DNA of 64,000 nt, from positions 3,520,001 to 3,584,000 of the forward strand of contig OY762492.1 in NCBI GenBank assembly GCA_963665845.2, read 5' to 3'. Source of the DNA: Candidatus Poribacteria bacterium (GTDB lineage: Bacteria; Poribacteria; WGA-4E; GCA-2687025). Below the pieces are notes generated by a model that was given only the letters and a program-made list of their open reading frames with translations, did no database searches and was not told where the DNA came from. Made by a program: the position numbers and the translations under genes. Below are positions 1 through 8,432 of this stretch, piece after piece. Position 1 is the stretch's first letter; each line of letters begins with the position of its first letter.

Positions 1-86
1 TAACAGGCATCGATTTCGCCGACTGGCGCAACGGCTGGATCGTCGGGCAATGGGGAACGATCCTGCGGTATGCCGCGCACGAATAA
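1..86 (+). CDS. 3' end of a YCF48/BNR-repeat (beta-propeller) protein, partial
   Basis: Frame from base 3 reads TGIDFADWRNGWIVGQWGTILRYAAHE*, matching the YCF48-type repeat F.D...GW.VG..G.IL. Only 27 codons are visible. Confidence 0.6.
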   Translation, partial: TGIDFADWRNGWIVGQWGTILRYAAHE

Positions 87-133
87 CGGACATTCCGACG
101 CCGATCCTGCCCGTCAGGACATCGTCCCACGCC

Positions 134-218
134 GTCATTCCCGCCCCCTCCTTGTCATTCCCGCCCCCTCCTTGTCATTCCCGCCCCCTCCTCGTCATTC
201 CCGCGCAAGCGGGAATCT
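134..218 (+). repeat. Three 20-bp tandem units (GTCATTCCCGCCCCCTCCTY) running into a full REP-like palindrome GTCATTCCCGCGCAAGCGGGAATCT
   Basis: Units at 134, 154 and 174; palindrome at 194-218. Confidence 0.9.
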
Positions 219-264
219 TAGACGCCGCAGAAACCTTTCGCGCCCGCCAGACGTCATGTCAAGT

Positions 265-432
265 ATGACCTCACGCCTAAAGTTGGGACATTTGAACGAC
301 CAAAGCCTTTATTCATGGGGAAAAAGCCTCGCAGACCAGATCGTCATTCCCGCGTAAGCGGGAATCCAGAGGCGCCGCAGACGACGTCCGCGTCCGCCCG
401 CCGGCATGTCCCAACTAAAGACGTAAGGTCTG
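265..432 (+). mobile_element. MITE-like element copy 1 (~167 bp, ~27-bp imperfect TIRs, internal REP)
   Basis: Ends are aTGACCTCACGCCTAAAGTTGGGACAT and ATGTCCCAACTAAAGACGTAAGGTCtG. It is flanked by a 9-bp direct repeat ATGTCAAGT (256-264 and 433-441), with a REP at 343-367. Confidence 0.75.
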
Positions 433-444
433 ATGTCAAGTGTC

Positions 445-473
445 TTGACACGTGAATCAGCCGATGTTATTGT
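445..473 (+). promoter_or_regulatory. Sigma70-type promoter TTGACA-17-TATTGT with extended -10 TG
   Basis: TTGACA 445-450, TG 465-466, TATTGT 468-473, upstream of the ORF at 525. Confidence 0.65.
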
Positions 474-524
474 GTTGGCGCATCGGCAAGAAAGCTGTTG
501 ATTCAAAAGAACCTAGGTTACGGT

Positions 525-902
525 ATGTCAATGAACGAGAACACAATGGCGAATATAAAGCTTCTGCGTGAGAAGACGCAGCGGCGTCTGGAATCCAAGC
601 TGGCGTCTGTGAATCTGGCGCCTGCAACGTTTGGTCTCAAGGCGGGATGGGATCCGACCCCCTATGTCGAGTATATCGACCAGGAGCATGTCCGCGTCTG
701 CATTCAGGTTGGCGAATTCATGATCTTTCTCGATACGCAGCGGAAAGAGCTGTGCGGTCAACATAAATACGCTAAGCATGCGATCCCAGTGGGCGCTGAC
801 TTGGCGGAGATTGTCGCTGAATACTGGCAATGGCGGCGCGCCTGCATTCTGGCGCGGGAAGCAGAAATTGAGGCGGAGAAACAAGATATTCCTGTTTTCT
901 AA
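525..902 (+). CDS. Hypothetical protein (~125 aa)
   Basis: ORF 498..902 has protein-like composition and a strong promoter upstream. The start is placed at ATG 525; 531 and 546 are alternatives. Confidence 0.6.
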   Translation: MSMNENTMANIKLLREKTQRRLESKLASVNLAPATFGLKAGWDPTPYVEYIDQEHVRVCIQVGEFMIFLDTQRKELCGQHKYAKHAIPVGADLAEIVAEYWQWRRACILAREAEIEAEKQDIPVF

Positions 903-935
903 GCGGGCTTCAGGCTCATCCGGCGAACTTCAATA

Positions 936-2375
936 TCAAAACCTTTGAAAGCTCTCGCCCCAGTAGACATCCAGAAGCCAGGACTCTTCGCTCTCCAGCT
1001 CTTTTCGGCTGTAACGCCCGTATTCCGCTTCCGCCTCCGACCATGGGCGCAGCCGCAGCTCTACCCGATCGCCGACCTCCAAAGAAGCGGCGCGCGTCCA
1101 CTCATGCGCGCGCATTCCCCACACAAACGCGACCGCCTCCGCAGGCGTCTCCGCGCCCGCGCCTAACAGCGACAGCTCGCCTAAACGAAGCGCGATGACG
1201 CAATCGCCGTACGGCGTGGAACCCGGCGCCGGCGGCCGCGTCAACTCCAACACCACGCCGCGCGCCAGACCCGCCTCTGACAGCGCAGGCTGCTCAGGCG
1301 AACGCTCAAACGAACCCATCGGATACAGCCGCCAATCGCCCCAAGACAGCTCCCGCGCCGCAAATTGCCACAACACAACCCGCGCGTTCGCCAAACGACC
1401 CGAATCGCGCGCCAGTTCGCGCCGCGTCGTATGGCTGCCCCCCTCGTTCAACACGATGCGGTCAACCGGACGCCCAAGCGCATAGGACAATTGCTCCGCA
1501 AACCCAGCCGACGATCCCCAGCTCATCTCCTCCAGCGAATAGATGTTGCTGAAGCTGTCGCCCAGCAGCAGAATTTCGGCGCCGCGCCGCGCCTGCCAAG
1601 GCGTTCCGTCCGCCGCCGCTATCGGCTCAATCTCGACCCGCTCCGCCGGCAGATCGATGTCCAGCATTCCCGCCAGATCGCCCCGCCCCTTGACCGAGCG
1701 CGTTTGGCGAACATATCGGTCGGTTTTCGGCGACAGATCAACGCGCGCCTCCTCAACCCGCGCTTCGATGAAACGCGCCGCCTCCTCCGATATCTCGCGC
1801 ATCGCCGAGGGGGTCCAGTGCGTGTCGGTTTTCAGATAGGCGCGCGGAACCGCCTCCAGCGTCCAGACGCCCTCGCCGCGCAGCCGCTCAATAAACGCTT
1901 CATAGGACGGGTTGCGCAGGACAGTCCCTGGTTCAAGCCGCCGCCGCGTGAAATGCGTCCACTCGACCGCCGACTTCGGCGCGACCGGCATGACGATGAG
2001 ACGAATGCCGCGCTCCTCCAGCTGACGCTGAAAATCCAGTATCGCATTCAGCGGCTGTTCAATCGAAAAGGGGGCGCCGGAGGTGTGTTCTATGTCCGGC
2101 TGATAAAAAAGCCAGCCGCCCTTGCCAAGATACGCCTGTCCGCCGCCCGCCGCGCCGACATGCGTCAACGCGCGCTGCGTCCAAGGGCGCAGCCGCTCCG
2201 ACAACGGCGGCCGCTCCTCCAGCGCGTCCTCATACGCCTCTATGTGCGGGAGGGAAATGCCGGCGGGGGGAGGAGGCGCGCCTTCTCCAAACAGCTGATG
2301 AAGCAGCGCCGGAACCCCAACCGTCAAGCAGAAGAGAATGACGATCGCCCATCTCGTTTTAGAAAATGCCGCCAT
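936..2375 (-). CDS. AlgJ/AlgX-family SGNH-like O-acetyltransferase with an extra C-terminal domain
   Basis: N-terminal TM, G..GWLFY, LIVMPVAPK, YLKTDTHWT (catalytic D-x-H), LLGDSFS (catalytic Ser) and WQFAARE. Confidence 0.85.
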   Translation of the reverse strand: MAAFSKTRWAIVILFCLTVGVPALLHQLFGEGAPPPPAGISLPHIEAYEDALEERPPLSERLRPWTQRALTHVGAAGGGQAYLGKGGWLFYQPDIEHTSGAPFSIEQPLNAILDFQRQLEERGIRLIVMPVAPKSAVEWTHFTRRRLEPGTVLRNPSYEAFIERLRGEGVWTLEAVPRAYLKTDTHWTPSAMREISEEAARFIEARVEEARVDLSPKTDRYVRQTRSVKGRGDLAGMLDIDLPAERVEIEPIAAADGTPWQARRGAEILLLGDSFSNIYSLEEMSWGSSAGFAEQLSYALGRPVDRIVLNEGGSHTTRRELARDSGRLANARVVLWQFAARELSWGDWRLYPMGSFERSPEQPALSEAGLARGVVLELTRPPAPGSTPYGDCVIALRLGELSLLGAGAETPAEAVAFVWGMRAHEWTRAASLEVGDRVELRLRPWSEAEAEYGRYSRKELESEESWLLDVYWGESFQRF

Positions 2376-2416
2376 CTGTTGACCGCCTATTCGCCCGCTT
2401 TGATGAAAGCGAACTG

Positions 2417-2445
2417 ATGATACCGCGCGCCGATGCCGCGGTCAA
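2417..2445 (-). promoter_or_regulatory. Sigma70-type promoter TTGACC-17-TATCAT for the AlgJ/X-like gene
   Basis: Reverse complement of ATGATA (2417-2422) and GGTCAA (2440-2445), with a 17-bp spacer. Confidence 0.55.
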
Positions 2446-2450
2446 CGGCG

Positions 2451-2620
2451 GCGCGTCCGATTCCCCCTTGAAAAGGGGGTTAGGGGGTTTGAGCCGCGCG
2501 CCGACGCGTCCGATTCCCCCTTGAAAAGGGGGGCTAGGGGGGTTTTATGCGCCGCAGAAACTGTCCGATCCTCAATTCGTCATTCCCGCGCAAGCGGGAA
2601 TCTAGAGGCGCCGCAGAAGC
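2451..2620. repeat. Repeat cassette: two CCCCCTTGAAAAGGGGG hairpin units plus a REP
   Basis: Units near 2463-2490 and 2515-2545; REP at 2579-2603. Confidence 0.85.
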
Positions 2621-2639
2621 CGCCCGCGTTCCCATGCCC

Positions 2640-3218
2640 TTAAGTTGGGACATTGTCTTGAGGCATTCCTCTCGATTCTTCATAAGCCTCGACAAGCGCT
2701 TTTGCCGCGCTTGGCGTCAATGCGCCTTCCGTCAACATCGCCCGAATTTTCAGTAAAAACGGATTTTCCGTATTCTCGAGGCTTCGCGTTAAATCCTCCA
2801 ACATCGATTTTCTATGTTCAGCCTCTCTTATTCTTTTGAGAAGTACCGGAAACAAGACGCCGAAAATGATTGCGCCAAGGAGTCCGCCATAACCAAATCC
2901 GAACCATACGCCGTAAGGTTGTCCGGACAGAAATGCAGCGATGCCGACGACGAGTGAAACGACCGAGAGGAGAAACGCGAAGGCGTGGACTCCTAAAGTA
3001 AGTTTCACCGCTTTTCCTCTTGACGCAAACACGCCTCCCAATGTGCCGACAACCCCGCCAAGGATGCCCAATGTCGAACCGAGTATCCCCCCTATCCATC
3101 CAGGGTGGACCCAAGGTTCGACGACACGCGCTCCGTTTTGAGCCGACGCGCTCAAGCATAAAACCGAGAAGAGGACGCTCAACGCGGCGGCGAAGCGAAC
3201 GAACCGATTGCCTGTCAT
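2640..3218 (-). CDS. Hypothetical membrane protein (signal peptide plus ~3 Gly-rich TM helices)
   Basis: GGAGG RBS before ATG 3218 (MTGNRFVRF...), followed by hydrophobic segments. It lies directly downstream of the ECF sigma gene. Confidence 0.7.
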   Translation of the reverse strand: MTGNRFVRFAAALSVLFSVLCLSASAQNGARVVEPWVHPGWIGGILGSTLGILGGVVGTLGGVFASRGKAVKLTLGVHAFAFLLSVVSLVVGIAAFLSGQPYGVWFGFGYGGLLGAIIFGVLFPVLLKRIREAEHRKSMLEDLTRSLENTENPFLLKIRAMLTEGALTPSAAKALVEAYEESRGMPQDNVPT

Positions 3219-3243
3219 GAGAAGAATTCCTCCATTCTTATGG

Positions 3244-4560
3244 TTAGTCTTTGCCCTGAAACGAATCATTGGCGCGTTTCTGCGCCGCCGACCATTTCGC
3301 CCGATATTCAGGATTCTCCTGTATCTTGCGCATGATATCTTGAGGCGTCATACCGCCCATGAGAAGCATTTCCAACTTTGAAGGGATGCCAATAGAGCTA
3401 GCCGCGCTTCTAAACATCGCATCCTTCTTTACACTTGCTGAATTTGCGTCGTGAATGATCATGCGATCCAAGACGTTGACGAAATACTTTTCGGATACCT
3501 GCGCTTTCCGCTCTTCAACCGACGCCCCTTGCCGCCGCAATTGAGCGTCCAGATTGGCAAGGTCCTCCATTGATTCGGTCATTACGTCCGCATACTCCGT
3601 CAATTCAGGCGAATGGGCTTTCAGCTTTTTTGCGAAGTCGAACACTTCCTGAATGCCCTCTAGGAGCTGGTTTGCAAAATCGTCAAGAACGTCGGCGGGA
3701 GCGGCCTCCGGGGGCGGAGCGGTCAAGGTTTCCGGCGTTTCGCCGGCGTCCTGCGGGGCGTCAGAAGAGAGCGTTGAGTCGGCGCCGTTAGCTGTTTCGG
3801 TTTGGGTTGAGACGCCGTCGTTTGAAGCGCCGTCGTTTGAAGCGCTGGTCTCGACAGGCGGCGTCTGCTCTTCAATCGTCAACCCCGGCGTCTCGCTGTT
3901 GGATGAACCGCCGTATTCCAGCCAGAGATACCCGCCCAGCAGCGCGAGAATCAGAACTGCCGTAATTCCAAGAACGATCTTCGTTGATTTTGTCATGAGA
4001 ACGATTCCTCCAAATGCGTTGCGCGTCAGGTTGACAAGCGGCAAAACGAGCGCGATCTTCATGCCTTCCATTATTTTTTTGAGACGCTGTTTGGCGCGGT
4101 GCAGCCGTATCCCGACCGCCGAATAGGACAACCCATGCCGCTTCTGCAGATCGGCGTACGACTCCTCGTCCATATACCTCCCGCGCAGCAGATCGCGGTC
4201 AACAGGGTTCAGCCTGTTCATCGCTTGGCGTATCAGCTCGTTCCTCTCCGCTTGTTCGAGGGCGTCCAGCGGGTCGCTTTCGTCTGTCAGCTCCGCCTCG
4301 TCCGTCAGCGGATGCTCTGCCCTGCGGTAATGCGCTCGGTTCCAGTCGTCCGCCACGTTGCGCGCAATGCCGGCGATCCACTGCTTCAGCTTGGCAGGGT
4401 CGCGCAGCTGCGCTCGGTTCGCATAGACCCGCGCGATTGTTTCTTGGACGAAGTCGTCCAGCTCGTTTTGGTTGCGCAGTTTGCGTCTCCCGACGGCGCG
4501 TATATGCTCCATCTGTTCCAGAACCGTCTTGTCGAAATCGGTCAGCGGTCGATCTTTCAA
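3244..4560 (-). CDS. ECF sigma factor with C-terminal TM helix, low-complexity linker and extracytoplasmic domain
   Basis: Region 2 DDFVQET...LRDPAKLKQWIAGIARN; region 4 LNPVDRDLL...SYADL...VGIRLHRAKQRLK; TM KIVLGITAVLILALLGGYLWL. TTG start with GAGGGAG RBS. Confidence 0.85.
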   Translation of the reverse strand: MKDRPLTDFDKTVLEQMEHIRAVGRRKLRNQNELDDFVQETIARVYANRAQLRDPAKLKQWIAGIARNVADDWNRAHYRRAEHPLTDEAELTDESDPLDALEQAERNELIRQAMNRLNPVDRDLLRGRYMDEESYADLQKRHGLSYSAVGIRLHRAKQRLKKIMEGMKIALVLPLVNLTRNAFGGIVLMTKSTKIVLGITAVLILALLGGYLWLEYGGSSNSETPGLTIEEQTPPVETSASNDGASNDGVSTQTETANGADSTLSSDAPQDAGETPETLTAPPPEAAPADVLDDFANQLLEGIQEVFDFAKKLKAHSPELTEYADVMTESMEDLANLDAQLRRQGASVEERKAQVSEKYFVNVLDRMIIHDANSASVKKDAMFRSAASSIGIPSKLEMLLMGGMTPQDIMRKIQENPEYRAKWSAAQKRANDSFQGKD

Positions 4561-4669
4561 AGCGCAACTCCCTCGTTCAGATGGTTTGTAGCGTTCGCCC
4601 TGCAGATTTTACATGTTTTTGCGGGCATTACGCTCATACGGGATATTCGCGGCGCCGCGTCCGATTCCC

Positions 4670-4837
4670 CTGACCTCATCCTTAGAGTTGGGACAATTCT
4701 GGTTGTGAACGCGGACGGTTTCGGGGTAGACTCTGGATTCCCGCTTGCGCGGGAATGACGGTTTGGTTGGCGGCGCCTTTTTCCCATGAATAAAGCGATT
4801 GTCGGTTCAAATGTCCCAACTTTATACATGAGGTCAG
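4670..4837 (-). mobile_element. MITE-like element copy 2, inserted into a CCCCCTTGAAAAGGGGG-family repeat
   Basis: CTGACC...GGTCAG ends and an internal REP at 4735-4759. The flanks GATTCCCC/GATTCTCC each include one terminal base of the element. The uninterrupted host repeat is seen at 43570-43643. Confidence 0.75.
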
Positions 4838-4841
4838 ATTC

Positions 4842-5001
4842 TCCCCTTGAAAAGGGGGTTAGGGGGGTTTAGCGCCTGCGGTAAAGCGCGCGGGAATCCA
4901 GAGGCGTCGCAGACGACGTTCGCGTTCGCCCGTCATGCCCGCGCCCGGGAGGCGTCATTTATATAATGACTCCCGCATAAGCGGGAATCTAGAGGCGCCG
5001 C
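4842..5001. repeat. Hairpin repeat plus degenerate REP copies
   Basis: CCCCTTGAAAAGGGGG from 4842; REP remnants near 4888-4915 and 4968-5001. Confidence 0.7.
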
Positions 5002-5066
5002 AAGAGACGTCTCGCGTCCGCTATCAGATTTGTCTCAAATCTATGGGCAGGCTCAGAGAAATCCCA

Positions 5067-5408
5067 TTATTTGATGACCAGATTCACGATTACCATGACC
5101 AGGGGTCCCAGTAGACCAGCCGCAAGCCCGATGATGATAATGCTGCCGGCGATTTTTCCCTCGAGCCGCGCGATGGCTTTTCCATTGTCCAAGATGGCTT
5201 TTCCATTGTCCAAGATGGCGTTTCTGTTCACCTCAATGGCGTTTTTGTTCGCTTCAATGGCGTTTTTGTTCGCTTCAATGGCGATTCTGTTTTCCGCGAT
5301 CGCGCTTCTGTTTTCCGCGATCGCGTCTTCGAGGCGGTCTGCCCGCGCAATGTGGGCGTCAAGTTTTTGGATCAGCGCGTAGAGTTCCCCACTGATGTCG
5401 TCGTTCAT
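5067..5408 (-). CDS. Small coiled-coil protein with seven heptad repeats and a C-terminal TM helix
   Basis: AIAENRS/AIAENRI/AIEANKN/AIEANKN/AIEVNRN/AILDNGK/AILDNGK are encoded by 21-bp tandem units at 5172-5318. AGGAG RBS. Confidence 0.75.
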   Translation of the reverse strand: MNDDISGELYALIQKLDAHIARADRLEDAIAENRSAIAENRIAIEANKNAIEANKNAIEVNRNAILDNGKAILDNGKAIARLEGKIAGSIIIIGLAAGLLGPLVMVIVNLVIK

Positions 5409-5648
5409 GGCGTATCTCCTCAGTTGTGGGCGGATGATGCCACCGCTTTCATCATACGATAAGCGTCTTTAAAATGCAAGCATTCTGTCGGCGAAGTGGG
5501 CTGCGGAGCTTTCCGTCCGCGGCAGTAAGTCCCGCCCCGACGCGCCCTTCGCCTTCTAAAATCCCCAGCCCCCCTTTTCAAGGGGAGTCCAGAAGCCCCG
5601 CGTCCGGCAGGCGTCATTCCTGCCCTTAACGTATTTTAGATGCGCTCG

Positions 5649-6206
5649 TCAGGTATCCGAGTCGTTTTCATGCTCTCTGTTTTGAAGCTGGCGCGTCAGT
5701 TCATCAACCTGTCGGCGGAGGTACGCCAGTTCAGCGTTTTGGGGCGATCTTGCGTCGCTCATCAGAATGGTTAGGTCGGCGATTTCTTGGCGCAGCCGCG
5801 CGACCTCCTCGTCCGGCGGCTGCTGCGCGTTTTTCAGCTGGCGCGTCAGGTCGTTGATCTGCTCCTGCATATGAGCGATTTCCCGCTCCGAACGCGATTC
5901 CCGTTCCTGCCGCCGCCATCCCGACGAAGCGGAAAAACGCCGACTCGTCCGCTCTCTTCTCGCCGTATAAGACTGCTCAACCCGTTCATAATCTTCCTCG
6001 TCCCACTCCATATCCCGCTCCCGCCTCTGCCGAAGCGTCCGCGTAAAACGCGGTTTCGGTACTCGCCGCAATAGCGTGTCCATTCTATTGCCGGACTCCG
6101 TGGACTTTTTCTGCCCCCCGAAAAAACCAATAACGGCTCCAACGCCGACCGTACCTAAAAGAAAAAAGCAGCAGCAAAGCAAGCATTCCAAAGAGCCTAC
6201 CATCAT
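5649..6206 (-). CDS. Hypothetical protein: N-terminal TM, charged region and three ~25-aa coiled-coil repeats
   Basis: Repeats EIAHMQEQINDLTRQL / EVARLRQEIADLTILM / ELAYLRRQVDELTRQL. GGGAGG RBS; lies directly after algI. Confidence 0.65.
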   Translation of the reverse strand: MMVGSLECLLCCCFFLLGTVGVGAVIGFFGGQKKSTESGNRMDTLLRRVPKPRFTRTLRQRRERDMEWDEEDYERVEQSYTARRERTSRRFSASSGWRRQERESRSEREIAHMQEQINDLTRQLKNAQQPPDEEVARLRQEIADLTILMSDARSPQNAELAYLRRQVDELTRQLQNREHENDSDT

Positions 6207-6226
6207 CCTCCCGTGAGCAGGTTCGG

Positions 6227-7630
6227 TTAAAAAATGAAGTAGATAAAGGGATTATACGTCTGGGCGGACAATAACGCTAGCGACAGCCACAAGCCCGCCA
6301 GCGCCGCCCCCGCTTTCAACGGCGTCAACCGCTCCGTCCAGTCCCACGCCGTCGGAGAGAGCCACACCGTCAACCCGCTGACTGCCATGCTGATCAGATA
6401 ATACGGCTGATACAGAACGCCCGATACGAGCGCCGCCTCCGGCGTCGGCGATCCGATCCCCGCCAGAGAGCCTAAAAACGCCCATGCCGAGCCGAGGTCA
6501 GGGGCGCGGAAAAACGCCCAGCCGAGGCACACCAGTAAAAAGGTCAGCCCGACGCGCGCCCCGCGCGGCAATCCGCTGTACGCCGCCCGCTTTCCGCGCC
6601 AGCGTTCCAGCGCCAGCATCCCGCCATGCAGCGACCCCCAGACGACGAAGTTCCAAGAGGCGCCATGCCATAGCCCGCCGAGTATCATCACCAGCGCGAG
6701 GTTTAGATAGGTGCGCCGCGGACCTTTGCGGTTGCCGCCGAGCGGTATATAAAGGTAGTCGCGCAGCCAGCTGGAAAGGGAGATATGCCATCGGCGCCAA
6801 AATTCGGTGATCGATTCGGAGCGGTACGGCGAGTCGAAGTTCTTTGGAAACGCGAAGCCGAGCGTCAAGCCGAGGCCGATCGCCATATCGGAGTAACCGC
6901 TGAAATCGAAGTAGATCTGAAACGCATACGCGAGCAAGCCGTACCAAGCGTCCAGAAAATGGAGCGACCCAGCCTCAAAGACCGTGTCTGCCATTTTACC
7001 GCACGGGTTCGCCAGCGCGACCTTCTTCGCCATGCCGACCGAAAAAAGAGCCGCCCCACGCGCAAACTTCTCCAACGTATGCGTACGGCTGCGCAGCTGC
7101 TCCGACACATCCGAAAAACGCACAATCGGACCCGCCACCAGTTGCGGAAACATCGACACATAACAGGCGAAGTCGATGAAACGGCGAATCGGCTGCGCGT
7201 CCCCCCTGTAGACATCGATCGTGTAACTCATCGACTGAAACGTATAAAAGCTGATGCCGAGCGGAAGCGCGACCTGCAAGGCGCCTTCCCATGCGGGCGA
7301 CTCCAAACCGACGAGCCGCATGAGCGCGGCGGCGTTTTCAGAAGCGAAGTTGAAATATTTGAAGAAGCCGAGAAGCGACAGGTTCGCGCAGATGGAAACA
7401 ACTACGGCGCGCTTGCGGGTCGATTCGCCGCCCGACATCGCCAGCCCGCACCGGTAATCGACCAGCGTGGAGCCGAGCATGAGCAGTATGAACCACGGGT
7501 TCGCCCAGCCGTAAAACAGGTAGCTGAACGCGGTCAGCGCCAAATGCTTCGCCCGCCGCGGCATCAGATAATAAACGGCGAGCGCCAGCGGCAGATAATA
7601 ATAAACGAACAGCGGCGAACTAAAGACCAT
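6227..7630 (-). CDS. algI: MBOAT family O-acyltransferase (AlgI/DltB type)
   Basis: MVFSS..F, LPLGISFYTFQ, FPQLVAGPI, FDFSGYSDMA, FWRRWHISLS, GLWHGA and a C-terminal FIYF.F. Confidence 0.92.
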   Translation of the reverse strand: MVFSSPLFVYYYLPLALAVYYLMPRRAKHLALTAFSYLFYGWANPWFILLMLGSTLVDYRCGLAMSGGESTRKRAVVVSICANLSLLGFFKYFNFASENAAALMRLVGLESPAWEGALQVALPLGISFYTFQSMSYTIDVYRGDAQPIRRFIDFACYVSMFPQLVAGPIVRFSDVSEQLRSRTHTLEKFARGAALFSVGMAKKVALANPCGKMADTVFEAGSLHFLDAWYGLLAYAFQIYFDFSGYSDMAIGLGLTLGFAFPKNFDSPYRSESITEFWRRWHISLSSWLRDYLYIPLGGNRKGPRRTYLNLALVMILGGLWHGASWNFVVWGSLHGGMLALERWRGKRAAYSGLPRGARVGLTFLLVCLGWAFFRAPDLGSAWAFLGSLAGIGSPTPEAALVSGVLYQPYYLISMAVSGLTVWLSPTAWDWTERLTPLKAGAALAGLWLSLALLSAQTYNPFIYFIF

Positions 7631-7655
7631 GCGCCATGCCGCGCCGGGCGCGCCG

Positions 7656-8432
7656 TTACAGCAGCGACGAGGGCGGCGGCGGAGGCAGCAGAGCGTTCCA
7701 GCCGTATCCAGGACCCTCGGCGTCCAGCGCCGTATCTTGCTCCATCAAGAGCGGCAACCCGTCGTCCATCGGAAACGCGTTGCTGACATAAGCGCCGTCT
7801 TGGGATTCATACGGGCGCAGGCGCAGTATATGCGCGCCGCCGATCTCATACGCCAGCGCCGGCTGACGCGCTTCGTTGCGAACCGCCCAGTGAGCCACGC
7901 GCAGGCGCAACTGATTGGTCAAACCCTTGATGCGCCGTAAAATGCGGTACTCATACACCACCAGCACATTGCGGAACGGCGCCTCTTCAAAAACGGGCAG
8001 CGGCGACTTCGCCACCAGCTCCGCCTCCACCATAAATTGGCTCTCCTCTACCGACGGATCGGAGCCGCTGTCCGCATCCTCTAAGGGCGGGTACGTTTCG
8101 TCGTCTATTGAGGCTGTCGCGCCGTTTCCGCCGCTCTCCGCGCTGTAAGGCTCAACGCTTTCGACATGCCGCTCGTTCGCTTCCCATTCGCGTATCATCT
8201 TTTCTAATTCGGCATTCGATATGCGTGAGCTTTCTTCGTCAAAATTCGGGTCTGCCTTTGAGACGGGAACATGCGTTTGGCGCGGCGTCTGAATCAACGG
8301 CGCCCCGCTCTCCTGCGAGCGGGTCGACATGCCCACATAATAGAGGGCTGCCGCCAACAAGCAGCCGAGTCCAAAACCAATCAAAAAAGCGAATCCGCGA
8401 TCCGATTTGCGCATATGCCGCCGCCTTTCCAT
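7656..8432 (-). CDS. Membrane-anchored hypothetical protein carrying the cluster-shared C-terminal domain
   Basis: TM FAFLIGFGLGCLLAAALYYV, an acidic linker, then VEAEL...PF...LVVYEY...RVAHW...LRLRPY. The start overlaps the upstream stop (TGATG). Confidence 0.7.
   Translation of the reverse strand: MERRRHMRKSDRGFAFLIGFGLGCLLAAALYYVGMSTRSQESGAPLIQTPRQTHVPVSKADPNFDEESSRISNAELEKMIREWEANERHVESVEPYSAESGGNGATASIDDETYPPLEDADSGSDPSVEESQFMVEAELVAKSPLPVFEEAPFRNVLVVYEYRILRRIKGLTNQLRLRVAHWAVRNEARQPALAYEIGGAHILRLRPYESQDGAYVSNAFPMDDGLPLLMEQDTALDAEGPGYGWNALLPPPPPSSLL

Noticed and set aside
50-506. Short ORFs reading VIPA/SFPR/RHSR, here and at 4557-4829, 12539-12772, 31037-31276, 34335-34826 and 43032-43688
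   Set aside because: They are translations of the intergenic repeats in various frames, with no independent coding evidence.
3814-3843. 15-bp tandem duplication (ASNDG x2) in the ECF linker
   Set aside because: This is ordinary slippage in a low-complexity linker.
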